From Candidatus Altimarinota bacterium (GTDB lineage Bacteria > Patescibacteriota > Gracilibacteria > UBA1369), in contig OY782391.1 of assembly GCA_963677745.1 (NCBI GenBank), positions 476,482 to 540,481 of the forward strand: a stretch of DNA of 64,000 nucleotides. The letters are read 5' to 3'. Positions 44,923 to 53,818 of this stretch are shown piece by piece. Numbering within the stretch: the stretch's first letter is position 1; the number at the start of each line of letters is the position of its first letter. The notes beneath the pieces were generated by a model that was not told the origin of the DNA, ran no database searches, and worked only from the letters and a program-made list of their open reading frames with translations. Both the position numbers and the translations under genes were made by a program.

Positions 44923-46407
44923 ATGTATAAAAAGACTTTTCTTCCGTTGTTGGTTGCTCTGACACTGACTGCCTGCCAGCAACCTTCCATCGCCCCCGAA
45001 CAGATTCAGCCGGAGGAGGAAGGACCGCCCCTTCTTACCGCTACCGTTCCCGGCGTCATCCCTCCGGAATTATTGGATCTGGCACCCGGTAAAGACGCTG
45101 AAGCTTTGATAATCGGCAATCTTCCGGATAGTCTGGTTCAATCGGTTACCGACGAAAACATCAAAGCACAATTACAAAAACTAAAGGGAGGTGTTTTGGT
45201 GACCAAAAAAGACCCCCTCAAGCCCGGACTGCCGTATGTCTGGTTGGGAATAGTATTTCGTGACGAAGCAGCCGCTCAGGAAGCCCTGGATTTTTATCAA
45301 AAAAGCAGTTTCATCTCATCTACCACCAAGGAACAGTTGGCCCTGGAAAGACAACAGAACCTCCTGGTCAGCAAAAAAGAAAATTCCGCCAGATTCCTTG
45401 GAAAATTGTCTGAACATTCGGAACTTTCAAAAATTACCGGCCTGACTCCCCAACCAATCTTCTTCGCCTACCAGAATTCGACGCGTATTCCCGAGCTCAA
45501 TCTGACCCTGAAGTCACAGTCCCCCATCCTGATCGATCCCTTGAACAATCCCGACCTAAGCGCGGTTTTCAACGCCGCCACCTTCTCGGCCAAAGAGCTG
45601 ACCACCCTCGGAGAATGGCAGGACAACCAACTCAAACTGACGGTCAAAGATGTTTTGATTTCCGACCAGAAAATACTGGGCAACCTGATGCTTTCCACAC
45701 TTTTCCCTGCCAACAACACCCAACCCGTAACCGAAGAACAAAAAACCTTCGTCTCCAGCACCGTCCAAAGCACCCTTGATGAATACAAGGAAGTTTACAC
45801 AAACAAACTGTCCGCTGTGAAAACCTTTATTGAGCAGAAAAATTCCGAATACCCGGAACTGATTTCCCTTCTGGATTTAAAACCGGCCCAGCTTGATCTA
45901 ACCTTGCTGGTAAAACCGCCGGCACTGGAAAATTTTTACGGGCAAATGGTTGCCGGATGGAATTACAATGAAAACAAAGCAAAGAACTACAATAAACAAA
46001 CCATCCTAAGCGACATCATGACCGCCCTGGACCAGTACCGGATACAAAACAACCGCTATCCCGAAAACGACGGCTGTCTGGAAAATGTTCTGGAAATCAA
46101 AACCTTCGTCAAAAACAATGTTATTCCCAAAGATCCCCAAGGTCCCCAGAAATTCGGAGACACTCTTTGCAAAAGCGGATTTTTACTGCAAAAAATCAAC
46201 GACGATAACTATATCCTCTGGGCAAAGACGGAAGGGGAAAAACAGGGTAACACCGAGTGGCCCGAAACTGACACAAGCGCCGGTAAAGGTAATTTCTATA
46301 TAATCAAATTGGAATATCTGCCTGCTTTGGAACAACCGCTGCTCGAAGAACCTCCTCTGGAAGAAGAAGTGATTCCCAATAAGCCCAAGGTGAAAAGACC
46401 TCTCTAG
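44923..46407 (+). CDS. Lipoprotein with a C-terminal pilin/pseudopilin-like globular domain
   Basis: 494 aa. The lipobox is LTLTAC. The C-terminal region (ILSDIMTALDQYRIQNNRYPENDGC...NNVIPKDPQG......C..GFLLQKINDDNYILWAKTEGE) resembles the globular domain of type IV pilin/GspG-like proteins. The class III signal peptide is absent. Confidence 0.55.
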   Translation: MYKKTFLPLLVALTLTACQQPSIAPEQIQPEEEGPPLLTATVPGVIPPELLDLAPGKDAEALIIGNLPDSLVQSVTDENIKAQLQKLKGGVLVTKKDPLKPGLPYVWLGIVFRDEAAAQEALDFYQKSSFISSTTKEQLALERQQNLLVSKKENSARFLGKLSEHSELSKITGLTPQPIFFAYQNSTRIPELNLTLKSQSPILIDPLNNPDLSAVFNAATFSAKELTTLGEWQDNQLKLTVKDVLISDQKILGNLMLSTLFPANNTQPVTEEQKTFVSSTVQSTLDEYKEVYTNKLSAVKTFIEQKNSEYPELISLLDLKPAQLDLTLLVKPPALENFYGQMVAGWNYNENKAKNYNKQTILSDIMTALDQYRIQNNRYPENDGCLENVLEIKTFVKNNVIPKDPQGPQKFGDTLCKSGFLLQKINDDNYILWAKTEGEKQGNTEWPETDTSAGKGNFYIIKLEYLPALEQPLLEEPPLEEEVIPNKPKVKRPL

Positions 46408-46418
46408 AAAAACTTTTC

Positions 46419-47069
46419 TTATCCCCGTAAACTGGCAATCGCCCGCTTTCTGTCTGTTGCGCCGAATATATACGATCCGGCCACCAAAATATCCGCACCG
46501 GCCTGCCGGCAGATTTTGGCAGTTTCAGCATTTATGCCGCCATCCACTTCCACCAGTAACCGGGGACTCTTTTGTTTCAGCCATTTGATCTTCTCCACGG
46601 CCAGAGCGATGAATTTCTGTCCTCCAAATCCCGGATTGACACTCATCACCAGCACCATATCCAGCAAGGGCAAAATTGCCGAAAGACTTTCCACAGATGT
46701 CCCGGGATTTACCGCCACTGCGGCTTTCATCCCCAGCTCTTTGATTTTGGAAACCACACGGTGTAAATGCCTGCAGGCTTCCACATGAACTGTAACGGAA
46801 GCGACCCCGGCTGCTGCCAGATCATCCAGATACAACTCCGGATTCTCCACCATCAGATGGCAATCCATGGGCAGACGGGTCTTGATAAATTTTATTACCG
46901 GCGGACCAAAAGTCAGATTGGGTACAAAATGATAATCCATCACATCCAGATGGATCAGGTCGGCAAAAGGTTCTATCGAGGCAATCTCGGTGTTCAGTTT
47001 GCCGAAATCCGACGACAGAACGGAAGGGGCCACCAGAATTCTCCTTTTTGATTTGTTAGAAACTGCCAT
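46419..47069 (-). CDS. rpe: Ribulose-phosphate 3-epimerase
   Basis: 216 aa. Contains PS.LS.DF..L, HLDVMD..FVPN.TFG, and VNPGFGGQKF. Confidence 0.9.
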   Translation of the reverse strand: MAVSNKSKRRILVAPSVLSSDFGKLNTEIASIEPFADLIHLDVMDYHFVPNLTFGPPVIKFIKTRLPMDCHLMVENPELYLDDLAAAGVASVTVHVEACRHLHRVVSKIKELGMKAAVAVNPGTSVESLSAILPLLDMVLVMSVNPGFGGQKFIALAVEKIKWLKQKSPRLLVEVDGGINAETAKICRQAGADILVAGSYIFGATDRKRAIASLRG

Positions 47070-47084
47070 ATTTATTTAATCTGA

Positions 47085-47573
47085 CTAAGAAACCTTCCCG
47101 TTATCGGAAACACCAGTGTTCTTCATCACCTGTTCGATCTTCTCGATACGACGCAAATGTCTCTCTTCGGCGTCAAACTTGGTATCAATAAACACATCGA
47201 CAATCGCTTCGGCCAAATCGCGTCCGGTCAGTCTCTCTCCCAAACAAAGTACATTGGCATTGTTATGGGCCCTTCCCATGCGGGCTGTAATTTCGTTGTT
47301 GGCCAGTACAGCTCTGATACCGTTTTTCCGGTTGGCAGTGATGGACATACCGACCCCGCTTCCACAGATCAAAATCCCCATTGCTCCCTTATTTTCCAAA
47401 ACTTTTTCACACACTTCCCGGGCAATGTCCGGATAATCAGTGGAGTCATTGGTAAAAACACCCAGATCCAGCACGGAAGAATCATCCTTGCCCTGGAATT
47501 TCTGTTCCAGATAATCCTTAATCTCACGCTTCAGATTGATCCCGGCATGATCGGATCCCAAATAAACTTGCAT
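47085..47573 (-). CDS. rpiB: Ribose-5-phosphate isomerase B
   Basis: 162 aa. Contains GSDHAG..LK, ILICGSGVGMSI.ANR..GIRA, and ARMGR.HNNANVLCLGER. Confidence 0.9.
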   Translation of the reverse strand: MQVYLGSDHAGINLKREIKDYLEQKFQGKDDSSVLDLGVFTNDSTDYPDIAREVCEKVLENKGAMGILICGSGVGMSITANRKNGIRAVLANNEITARMGRAHNNANVLCLGERLTGRDLAEAIVDVFIDTKFDAEERHLRRIEKIEQVMKNTGVSDNGKVS

Positions 47574-47659
47574 ATATTTTGTATTAAATTATGTTTCTAT
47601 ATATTATAACACCGAAAGTGGCTTGTTTGAAAGGACAAAAGCAATTACAGTCAATAGCG

Positions 47660-48598
47660 ATGAATGAAAACATAAATCTGCCAAAAATCTTCGGTGAATA
47701 TCTGGAAAAGCTTGGAACAAAAGCCAAAAACCTGGTAGTACTTGATTCAGATTTAAGTAACAATCTCCACACTCTCTATTTTGCCAAAGCCTTCCCCGAT
47801 CGGCATTTTTCCGTGGAAATGGCGGAAAGCAGCCTGCCCGGCTTGGCAGCCGGAATGACCGTCCGGAAAAAACTGCCTTTTATCTGCGCCGAAGCCCCGG
47901 CTCTGTTGGGTAAAAGCCTGGACATGATCAGAAATTGCATTGTCTCCCCCCATCTCAACCTAAAAATAATTCTTTCCACGGTCGGCTTGAGCCGTATTGA
48001 AGATGGCCTTGCCAAAACCTGCACCGAAGACCTCGCTATTCTAGGAGCACTTCCCAATATTAAAATATTTACCCCCGCCGACCAGTTTGAGCTGAGAGCG
48101 ATGATGGATTTCATGATTAATGATTTCGGACCGACGGTTCTGCGTATTCCCAGGCACTGCAGGGAAAATCTTCACGACAGCAATTGTGTCTTTCGTCCGG
48201 GACAACCGGAAATAGTAAAAAAAGGAGAACAAATCTGTCTTATTTCATCAGGGGCAATTCTGCACGAATGTCTAAGAGCCGCTATCGACCTCGAACACAA
48301 AGGCCTCTCCACCCAAGTCATCAATCTGTCTTCATTGAGACCCCTGGACTCGGAAAAACTGGCTGAACTCTGTCGGAACTGTGAACTGATCCTGACTGTG
48401 GAGGATCATAGTCTGCACGGCGGAATCGGCAGCAGGGTCTGTGAAATTATGCAACATTACGGAATTCCCAAAAAACTATTGAAATTGGGGCTGGATGGAT
48501 TGCCTGAATGCGGCAAATATCAGGAAATTCTTGGAAAATACGGTCTGGACGCCAAAAATATTTACGAAACAGTCCGTGAAAACTGGCTGAAAAATTAA
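47660..48598 (+). CDS. Transketolase, C-terminal (pyrimidine-binding and C-terminal domain) subunit
   Basis: About 312 aa from the ATG at 47660. It has the pattern of the split transketolase B subunit (FG..L..LG........D.DL, E..... GLAAGM, IF.PAD..E, R.PR). The track ORF starts at 47591. Confidence 0.85.
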   Translation: MNENINLPKIFGEYLEKLGTKAKNLVVLDSDLSNNLHTLYFAKAFPDRHFSVEMAESSLPGLAAGMTVRKKLPFICAEAPALLGKSLDMIRNCIVSPHLNLKIILSTVGLSRIEDGLAKTCTEDLAILGALPNIKIFTPADQFELRAMMDFMINDFGPTVLRIPRHCRENLHDSNCVFRPGQPEIVKKGEQICLISSGAILHECLRAAIDLEHKGLSTQVINLSSLRPLDSEKLAELCRNCELILTVEDHSLHGGIGSRVCEIMQHYGIPKKLLKLGLDGLPECGKYQEILGKYGLDAKNIYETVRENWLKN

Positions 48599-48652
48599 AC
48601 CAAAGCGAAAAATCAACACCAAGCCGTCCCTCCGGACTACGGAAGTAAACCT

Positions 48653-49192
48653 TTATAGCCAGCTGACTTTATCACCGGTTTTAATCCCCAGTTTGTCGGT
48701 CAGACCGGCGTTAACTTCCAAAACATACCTGGCCGGCATTTCCGAGCCGTATAAAAGACAGGCCTGATCGGACTGATCAACGCAAGGCAGAGCCTTTTTG
48801 GCAACGTGTTTGATATAACCGCTCTCATCAATAAAAATCATATCCAGTGCGATCAGCGTGTTTTTCATCCAGAAATTCAGATAGCCCTGTTTCTCAAAAA
48901 TAAACAGCATCCCTTTGTTTTCGTCCAGACTTTTTCTGTTCATCAAACCGACTTTCCGCTGGGCATCAGTGGCAGCCACCTCCACTTCCAGCTGATGGTT
49001 GTTATTTCCCGAAGTGATAACCAGTTTTTTTACAGGCAAATCAACATTCATGATAATCGGGTCATTGTTAGCTTTGGTGTCGGCAGAATCGATCTTATAA
49101 TCCAGACTGTCGGTCTTTACTTCATTCCCGGGAATTATATTGCATCCTGTCAAAAAAAGCAGCAACGACATCAAAACAATTATTTTTTTCAT
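48653..49192 (-). CDS. DUF192 domain-containing lipoprotein
   Basis: Lipobox LFLTGC, plus the DUF192 pattern GLMNRKSL.ENKGMLFIF......FWMKNT.IALDMIFIDE.G.I. Confidence 0.75.
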   Translation of the reverse strand: MKKIIVLMSLLLFLTGCNIIPGNEVKTDSLDYKIDSADTKANNDPIIMNVDLPVKKLVITSGNNNHQLEVEVAATDAQRKVGLMNRKSLDENKGMLFIFEKQGYLNFWMKNTLIALDMIFIDESGYIKHVAKKALPCVDQSDQACLLYGSEMPARYVLEVNAGLTDKLGIKTGDKVSWL

Positions 49193-49259
49193 AGAATTTT
49201 ATTACTGCGCATAAATCTAAAACTATCGGCCGTTTTGTCAATATATATAGTATGGCCGT

Positions 49260-49724
49260 TTAGGGATAAATATAGCGTCCATAAATTTGATCAAGTCTGA
49301 CATAAGGATAAACAAATGTGCGCGAATCTTTGCTATGGAAACGGTTATCCCCGAAAACCAGATACTCGCCGGAAGGTACCAGGAAAAAACGTTCATCTCC
49401 GTAATTAAAATGCTGTGCCATCAAATAAGGTTCGGCCAAAACATCATAACCGCCTTCCTGATTTTTAATCATTACCTGATCAGCTTTGATTTTAATTGTT
49501 TCTCCCGGTAAGCCCACCACCCTTTTGACGTAATAATATTGATCGTCAAAGCTAAAAACGACTATATCCCCCCGCTTCAGGGGATGATTGCCCTGAATCT
49601 GACGGTCGATCAAAAAAAGTTCCCGGTCGTGGAGTGTGGGATCCATAGACTGACCTTCGACCAAGAACGGACTAATAAACATCAATCTGGCTATCAGGAC
49701 CGCACAAAACAAAAAACTGCTCAT
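49260..49724 (-). CDS. lepB: Signal peptidase I
   Basis: 154 aa. Contains GQSMDPTL (catalytic Ser box), RGDIVVF, VKRVVGLPGE (Lys box) and GDNRFHSKDSR. Confidence 0.85.
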   Translation of the reverse strand: MSSFLFCAVLIARLMFISPFLVEGQSMDPTLHDRELFLIDRQIQGNHPLKRGDIVVFSFDDQYYYVKRVVGLPGETIKIKADQVMIKNQEGGYDVLAEPYLMAQHFNYGDERFFLVPSGEYLVFGDNRFHSKDSRTFVYPYVRLDQIYGRYIYP

Positions 49725-49733
49725 TTTAATAAT

Positions 49734-50585
49734 TTATTCGATTTTTTTCTCCAGTGAAGCAAGCGCCTCAGCCAACTCTTCGCGACTCAGCGGCTGATCG
49801 TGATAAAAACTTTTATTCTCGGCAAAATCCACCCCCTTGGCTTTGACCGTCTTGGCAATTATGGCAACCGGCAGACGGGTTTCCACTACAGCTTTCTCCA
49901 GGGCTCCCAGCAGCTGATCAAAATCATGGCCGGCAAAAACATTGATGGTGCGAAACCCGAAAGCCTCCAGTTTATCGGAAAGCGGATCGGCAATGTTAAG
50001 ATTTCTGACTATCCCGTCCTGTTGTATGCCATTTCTGTCCACCATCAGCACAAAGTTGCCCAGCTTGGCGTGTCCGGCCTCCAACAAAGACTCCCAGGCA
50101 GTGCCGTTAACCATCTCGGCATCGCCGGCCAGAACAAATACTTTGTTCCGGGAACGTTCTGCTTTGAGTGCCAGTGAAAGTCCGACTGCGCTGGCAATCC
50201 CCTGCCCGGCCAGACCAGCCGCCAGCGGTACACCGGGAATTTTCGATCTGGGCATGGCGGTAAGCAGAGCCCCGGTTGCCTTGAAATAATTAAGCTCATC
50301 AGCAGGAAAATAACCAAGATCGGCCAAAATGGCATACCAGGCCGGTGCCGCACCGGATTTTGACAGAACAAAATAATCCTGTTCCCCGGAATTGGGGTTG
50401 CCTGGGTCAATATTCAGAAGCGGACCGGAAGAAGTTTGCCCATAGTAAAGCGCGGTCAGCAGTTCCACGCAGGACAAAGCGCTTCCCACAGCCCCCGACT
50501 CGGCAGCGGTAATCATTTTGAGAGTTTCTATCCTGATTTCGGTGGCCTTCCTCCGCAGAGCGGCCAGATATTCCTGAAAAGACAT
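49734..50585 (-). CDS. Transketolase, N-terminal (TPP-binding) subunit
   Basis: 283 aa. Contains GA.GSALS..E....LY, LSKSGAAPA.YA.LA..G, GQG...AVG.ALA, GD.E..NG..WE, and L.N.V..VDRNG.Q.DG. Confidence 0.88.
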   Translation of the reverse strand: MSFQEYLAALRRKATEIRIETLKMITAAESGAVGSALSCVELLTALYYGQTSSGPLLNIDPGNPNSGEQDYFVLSKSGAAPAWYAILADLGYFPADELNYFKATGALLTAMPRSKIPGVPLAAGLAGQGIASAVGLSLALKAERSRNKVFVLAGDAEMVNGTAWESLLEAGHAKLGNFVLMVDRNGIQQDGIVRNLNIADPLSDKLEAFGFRTINVFAGHDFDQLLGALEKAVVETRLPVAIIAKTVKAKGVDFAENKSFYHDQPLSREELAEALASLEKKIE

Positions 50586-50716
50586 AATATTAATTTATCC
50601 AAAAGCAGGTTATATCCTTTGCTTCTGCCAGGCAAGACCTGCTTGGCAAAAAAGATAGTCTTGATGATGCCAATTTTTTACTTTAAAAGTATATCACCAA
50701 ATAAATCTAAAAAATT

Positions 50717-51118
50717 ATGATTGACGATCAAATCCAATTATCCCTGCAAAGTCTGAAAAAACTCCGGGAAGAACTGCGGGAAATTAAAAAAGACATCAAG
50801 GAAGAGGAAAAGATAGACAGTCCGGAATACCAGGATCTGGAAAAAGCACTAAAAGATTTGAAAAAACAGGTTAAGGATTTCAAAGATAAATGGATGTTGG
50901 AAATGCAAAGTGACGAGAATTACAACAAACTCAGGGAAATCAAGATCAAGAAAGACGAGGAAATTGCCGAAGCCAACGAGAAATTATTTGAATTAATCTC
51001 CAAACTTCCCCCCAAACCGATTGAGATGAAAATGGACACCGAGGAAGGACCGGTGCGCATTCAAATCATGCCGGAAATGAAACTTTATCTGAACGGACGG
51101 GAAGAAAAACGCCGCTAA
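50717..51118 (+). CDS. Hypothetical Lys/Glu-rich coiled-coil protein
   Basis: 133-aa ORF with heptad-like KE-rich sequence. I recognise no family. Confidence 0.45.
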   Translation: MIDDQIQLSLQSLKKLREELREIKKDIKEEEKIDSPEYQDLEKALKDLKKQVKDFKDKWMLEMQSDENYNKLREIKIKKDEEIAEANEKLFELISKLPPKPIEMKMDTEEGPVRIQIMPEMKLYLNGREEKRR

Positions 51119-51126
51119 TTACACCT

Positions 51127-52422
51127 ATGGCCAAAAAGCCACCACTTATTCCGGCCGAATCTGCCCCAGACACCATCGTCATTGTCGGTGGAGGAGCAGC
51201 GGGGTTGATGGCTGCCTACTTTGCCAAACTGAAACATGCGAATTCGACGGTGATACTGGTTGAAAAAAACTCTTATCTTGGTGCTAAAATCCTCCTCTCC
51301 GGAGGCGGAAGATGCAACGTCACCACCGGCCTGCAATCGGTACCGGAAATCCTCAAAAACTACCCCCGGGGAGCTGATTTTCTGCGGACCGCCATGCAGC
51401 AATTCCCGCCCCGGGCCGTCATGGACTGGTTTGAATCACAGGGAGTCCCTCTTAAAACCGAGCCTGACCGAAGAGTGTTCCCGGTTTCCAACGATGGAAA
51501 AGATATTGTTAAAGCCTTGGAAAACGCACTTATCCAAGCCGGAGTAAAAATTCTGCGGAACCAGCAGCTGACATCGGTAGAAAATTTACCTGATCAAAAA
51601 TTCAAACTCATTTTTAATAACAGGCAGGATATATCGACAGACCGGCTGATCATTACAACCGGCGGCAATGCCTACCGGCAAACGGGATCAACAGGTGACG
51701 GTTACACCTTCGCCACTCAGCTGGGCCATCATATCACCCGTCTTTTCCCCTCCCTGGCTGCGCTAAGAACCTCCGAGGACTGGTCACATCAGTTAAGCGG
51801 AATCTCTTTCCCCTCGGCCGCACTAACCTTAAAAACATCCTCCCATGATTATCAGCGCCTGGGACCTTTTCTCTTTACCCATCAGGGTGTGACCGGCCCG
51901 GCCGTTTTTACACTCTCCAGCCTATCGGCCTTTGATACTATCGACCCCGGTAAACCCGCCCGCCTGTTCATAGATTTTTTCCCCGATCAAACGGCCGAAA
52001 AACTTTTACAAATGCTCGATCAAAAAATTGACGCCAACCCCGGCAAGAAAACCGGCAATCTGATTGCCCTGTTTCTGCCTCATTCTCTCGCCGAAAAAAT
52101 TGTGGACGTTCTTTTATCTCCGGCTTTTCCGGAAAAACAGTTGACCACAGTTAACGCCGCCAATCTGCCAAAAGCCGTACGGCGGAAAATTGTCGCCACT
52201 TTCAAAGAATTACCACTTACCGTGATCAGCCGCAGTGCCGGCGATGAGTTTGTCACGGCGGGAGGAGTTGATATAAACGAAGTAAACCCGAAGACAATGG
52301 AATCACAGCTGCGCCCCGGACTGTTCTTGGCCGGCGAATTGCTGGATATCGACGGTTTCACGGGAGGATTCAATCTGCAGGCCAGCTGGGCTACCGGTGC
52401 ACTGGCCGGCGAATCAGTTTAA
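51127..52422 (+). CDS. NAD(P)/FAD-dependent oxidoreductase, HI0933/BaiN-like flavoprotein
   Basis: 431 aa. Contains VIVGGGAAGLMAA (dinucleotide-binding motif), LSGGGRCNVT, and the C-terminal GGVD..E....TMES...PGLF.AGE.LDIDG.TGGFNLQ. Confidence 0.8.
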   Translation: MAKKPPLIPAESAPDTIVIVGGGAAGLMAAYFAKLKHANSTVILVEKNSYLGAKILLSGGGRCNVTTGLQSVPEILKNYPRGADFLRTAMQQFPPRAVMDWFESQGVPLKTEPDRRVFPVSNDGKDIVKALENALIQAGVKILRNQQLTSVENLPDQKFKLIFNNRQDISTDRLIITTGGNAYRQTGSTGDGYTFATQLGHHITRLFPSLAALRTSEDWSHQLSGISFPSAALTLKTSSHDYQRLGPFLFTHQGVTGPAVFTLSSLSAFDTIDPGKPARLFIDFFPDQTAEKLLQMLDQKIDANPGKKTGNLIALFLPHSLAEKIVDVLLSPAFPEKQLTTVNAANLPKAVRRKIVATFKELPLTVISRSAGDEFVTAGGVDINEVNPKTMESQLRPGLFLAGELLDIDGFTGGFNLQASWATGALAGESV

Positions 52423-52458
52423 ACATCTCCCGACAACAGAATGCAAAATAAACTTATC

Positions 52459-52486
52459 TTGCATTAAATTTGATAATGGGTAAAAT
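52459..52486 (+). promoter_or_regulatory. Candidate sigma70-type promoter upstream of the high-GC orphan ORF
   Basis: TTGCAT (52459-52464), a 16-nt spacer, then TAAAAT (52481-52486). It lies in AT-rich DNA and uses the same hexamers as the lemA candidate promoter. Confidence 0.3.
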
Positions 52487-52575
52487 CAGCACCTGCTCAT
52501 AATCTGGCTGCAAAGTCATGGTTATAGGGCGATCTTCGACAGGGACAGACAAACTGAGAGGAAGGGAAAATTCAC

Positions 52576-53145
52576 ATGAACTCGGTGAACGGAATTCATC
52601 ACAACGACGTGCTGTACGTTCTGCAGCTGATGGGAGACTATGTGCGGGCGGGCAAACGGCCCAAGCCCAGCCACCCGGTCTCGATCAGGCTCTGCAAGCT
52701 GATCATCAGCGCCAACGTCTTCACGCTCTATTGTGAAGAAGTCAAGATGCGACTGGATGTGCTACACAACAGGTACAGCGACCGGAACCCGGTCGGTCTG
52801 AAACACCAGCAAATGGAGGAGTTTCAGCTGGTATTGCCTCAATACGACCGGCTTCACTCCGTCGCCCACGGGCTGGACATGTGGGAAAGCATGAACCCCG
52901 AGACCTTCGGCGCCAATGCTTTGGAGCGGATCAATCAGCTCCGGCATCTGGACAGGAACGTCTTCCAGCTGCTCATCAACAAGGGACTGACCCGCGAGTT
53001 GGCAGAGGATGCTCTGATCTTTTCCGGCCGTGAGCTGATTGATCCGGAGATGACCTGCTACCGCGACGTCCCCACTGAGTCCAGCCTCTTGTCCCCCTCG
53101 AACAGCACCGGGAGCAAACGGGAAACCGACTGCTTCCGGCGCTGA
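52576..53145 (+). CDS. Hypothetical protein in a second high-GC islet
   Basis: 189-aa ORF preceded by GAGGAAGGG. Codons mostly end in G or C. Lines starting at 52621 and 52861 count 41/60 and 38/60 G+C. I recognise no family. Confidence 0.5.
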   Translation: MNSVNGIHHNDVLYVLQLMGDYVRAGKRPKPSHPVSIRLCKLIISANVFTLYCEEVKMRLDVLHNRYSDRNPVGLKHQQMEEFQLVLPQYDRLHSVAHGLDMWESMNPETFGANALERINQLRHLDRNVFQLLINKGLTRELAEDALIFSGRELIDPEMTCYRDVPTESSLLSPSNSTGSKRETDCFRR

Positions 53146-53154
53146 CCAACCAAA

Positions 53155-53191
53155 CGCCGCCCTGCCGTCATAAGTGACGGGCAGGGCGGCG
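53155..53191. terminator. GC-rich hairpin between the convergent orphan ORF and ndk
   Basis: CGCCGCCCTGCCGTCA taag TGACGG(G)CAGGGCGGCG forms about 16 bp with one bulge. A T-tract (TTTGG) follows only on the minus strand, so it fits best as the ndk terminator. Confidence 0.5.
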
Positions 53192-53221
53192 CAATCCAAT
53201 CTCTAAAATTCTATTTTATCA

Positions 53222-53713
53222 TCACTCCCCCCGCTCTTCCGTGTGATAAACATGTTCGAATTCTGTTTTGTCGTATTCCAGTATTTCGTCCTCCTTGAAA
53301 AATCTGGGAACTTCTTTCATGGCCGTCTCAACGGAATCCGAAGCATGAACAACATTGCAGGTCAAACTCATGGCAAAATCACCGCGGATTGAACCGGCCT
53401 CCGCGTCTCGCGCCTTGGTGATTCCGACAATTTTCCGGACAGCTGATACTACCTCCAGACCTTCCAGACAGATGGCAATTACCGGTGATTTTCTCATAAA
53501 GTGGCTGACACCGGGGAAAAAAGGTTTATCTGCTATATGCGCATAATGTTCACGCAACAAAGCTTCATCCAAAGTCATCATCTTGACCCCGGAAATTTTC
53601 AGGCCCTTTCTTTCAAATCTCCTGAATACCTCTCCCACCAGTCCCCGCTGAATGCCGTCCGGCTTGATTAAAATCAATGTTTTCTCGTGTATTCCAGCAA
53701 AATTCATTGGCAT
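53222..53713 (-). CDS. ndk: Nucleoside-diphosphate kinase
   Basis: The core is EKTLILIKPDGIQRGLVGEV..RFE.KGLKI.G.K, with the active-site motif NVVHASDS. I prefer the ATG at 53713 (or 53707). The track ORF extends to 53800. Confidence 0.88.
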   Translation of the reverse strand: MPMNFAGIHEKTLILIKPDGIQRGLVGEVFRRFERKGLKISGVKMMTLDEALLREHYAHIADKPFFPGVSHFMRKSPVIAICLEGLEVVSAVRKIVGITKARDAEAGSIRGDFAMSLTCNVVHASDSVETAMKEVPRFFKEDEILEYDKTEFEHVYHTEERGE

Positions 53714-53818
53714 AAAAATATCGTTTAAAAAATAAATTTCGCGCGAATTATAATAGAAAGGCGAACAATTGTCACCTTTGGAATTACCAGCTTTGAACAT
53801 TTCAGAAAACTGGAACTT

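Noticed and set aside
44799-44990. A 63-aa minus-strand ORF.
   Set aside because: It lies directly over the tRNA-Arg gene and the start of the lipoprotein gene, so it is spurious.
52518-52736. A 72-aa ORF in an alternative frame at the start of the second high-GC islet.
   Set aside because: It overlaps the longer 189-aa frame, which has the ribosome-binding site. Its translation is Arg/Gly/Gln-rich, as expected for an off-frame reading of GC-rich DNA.
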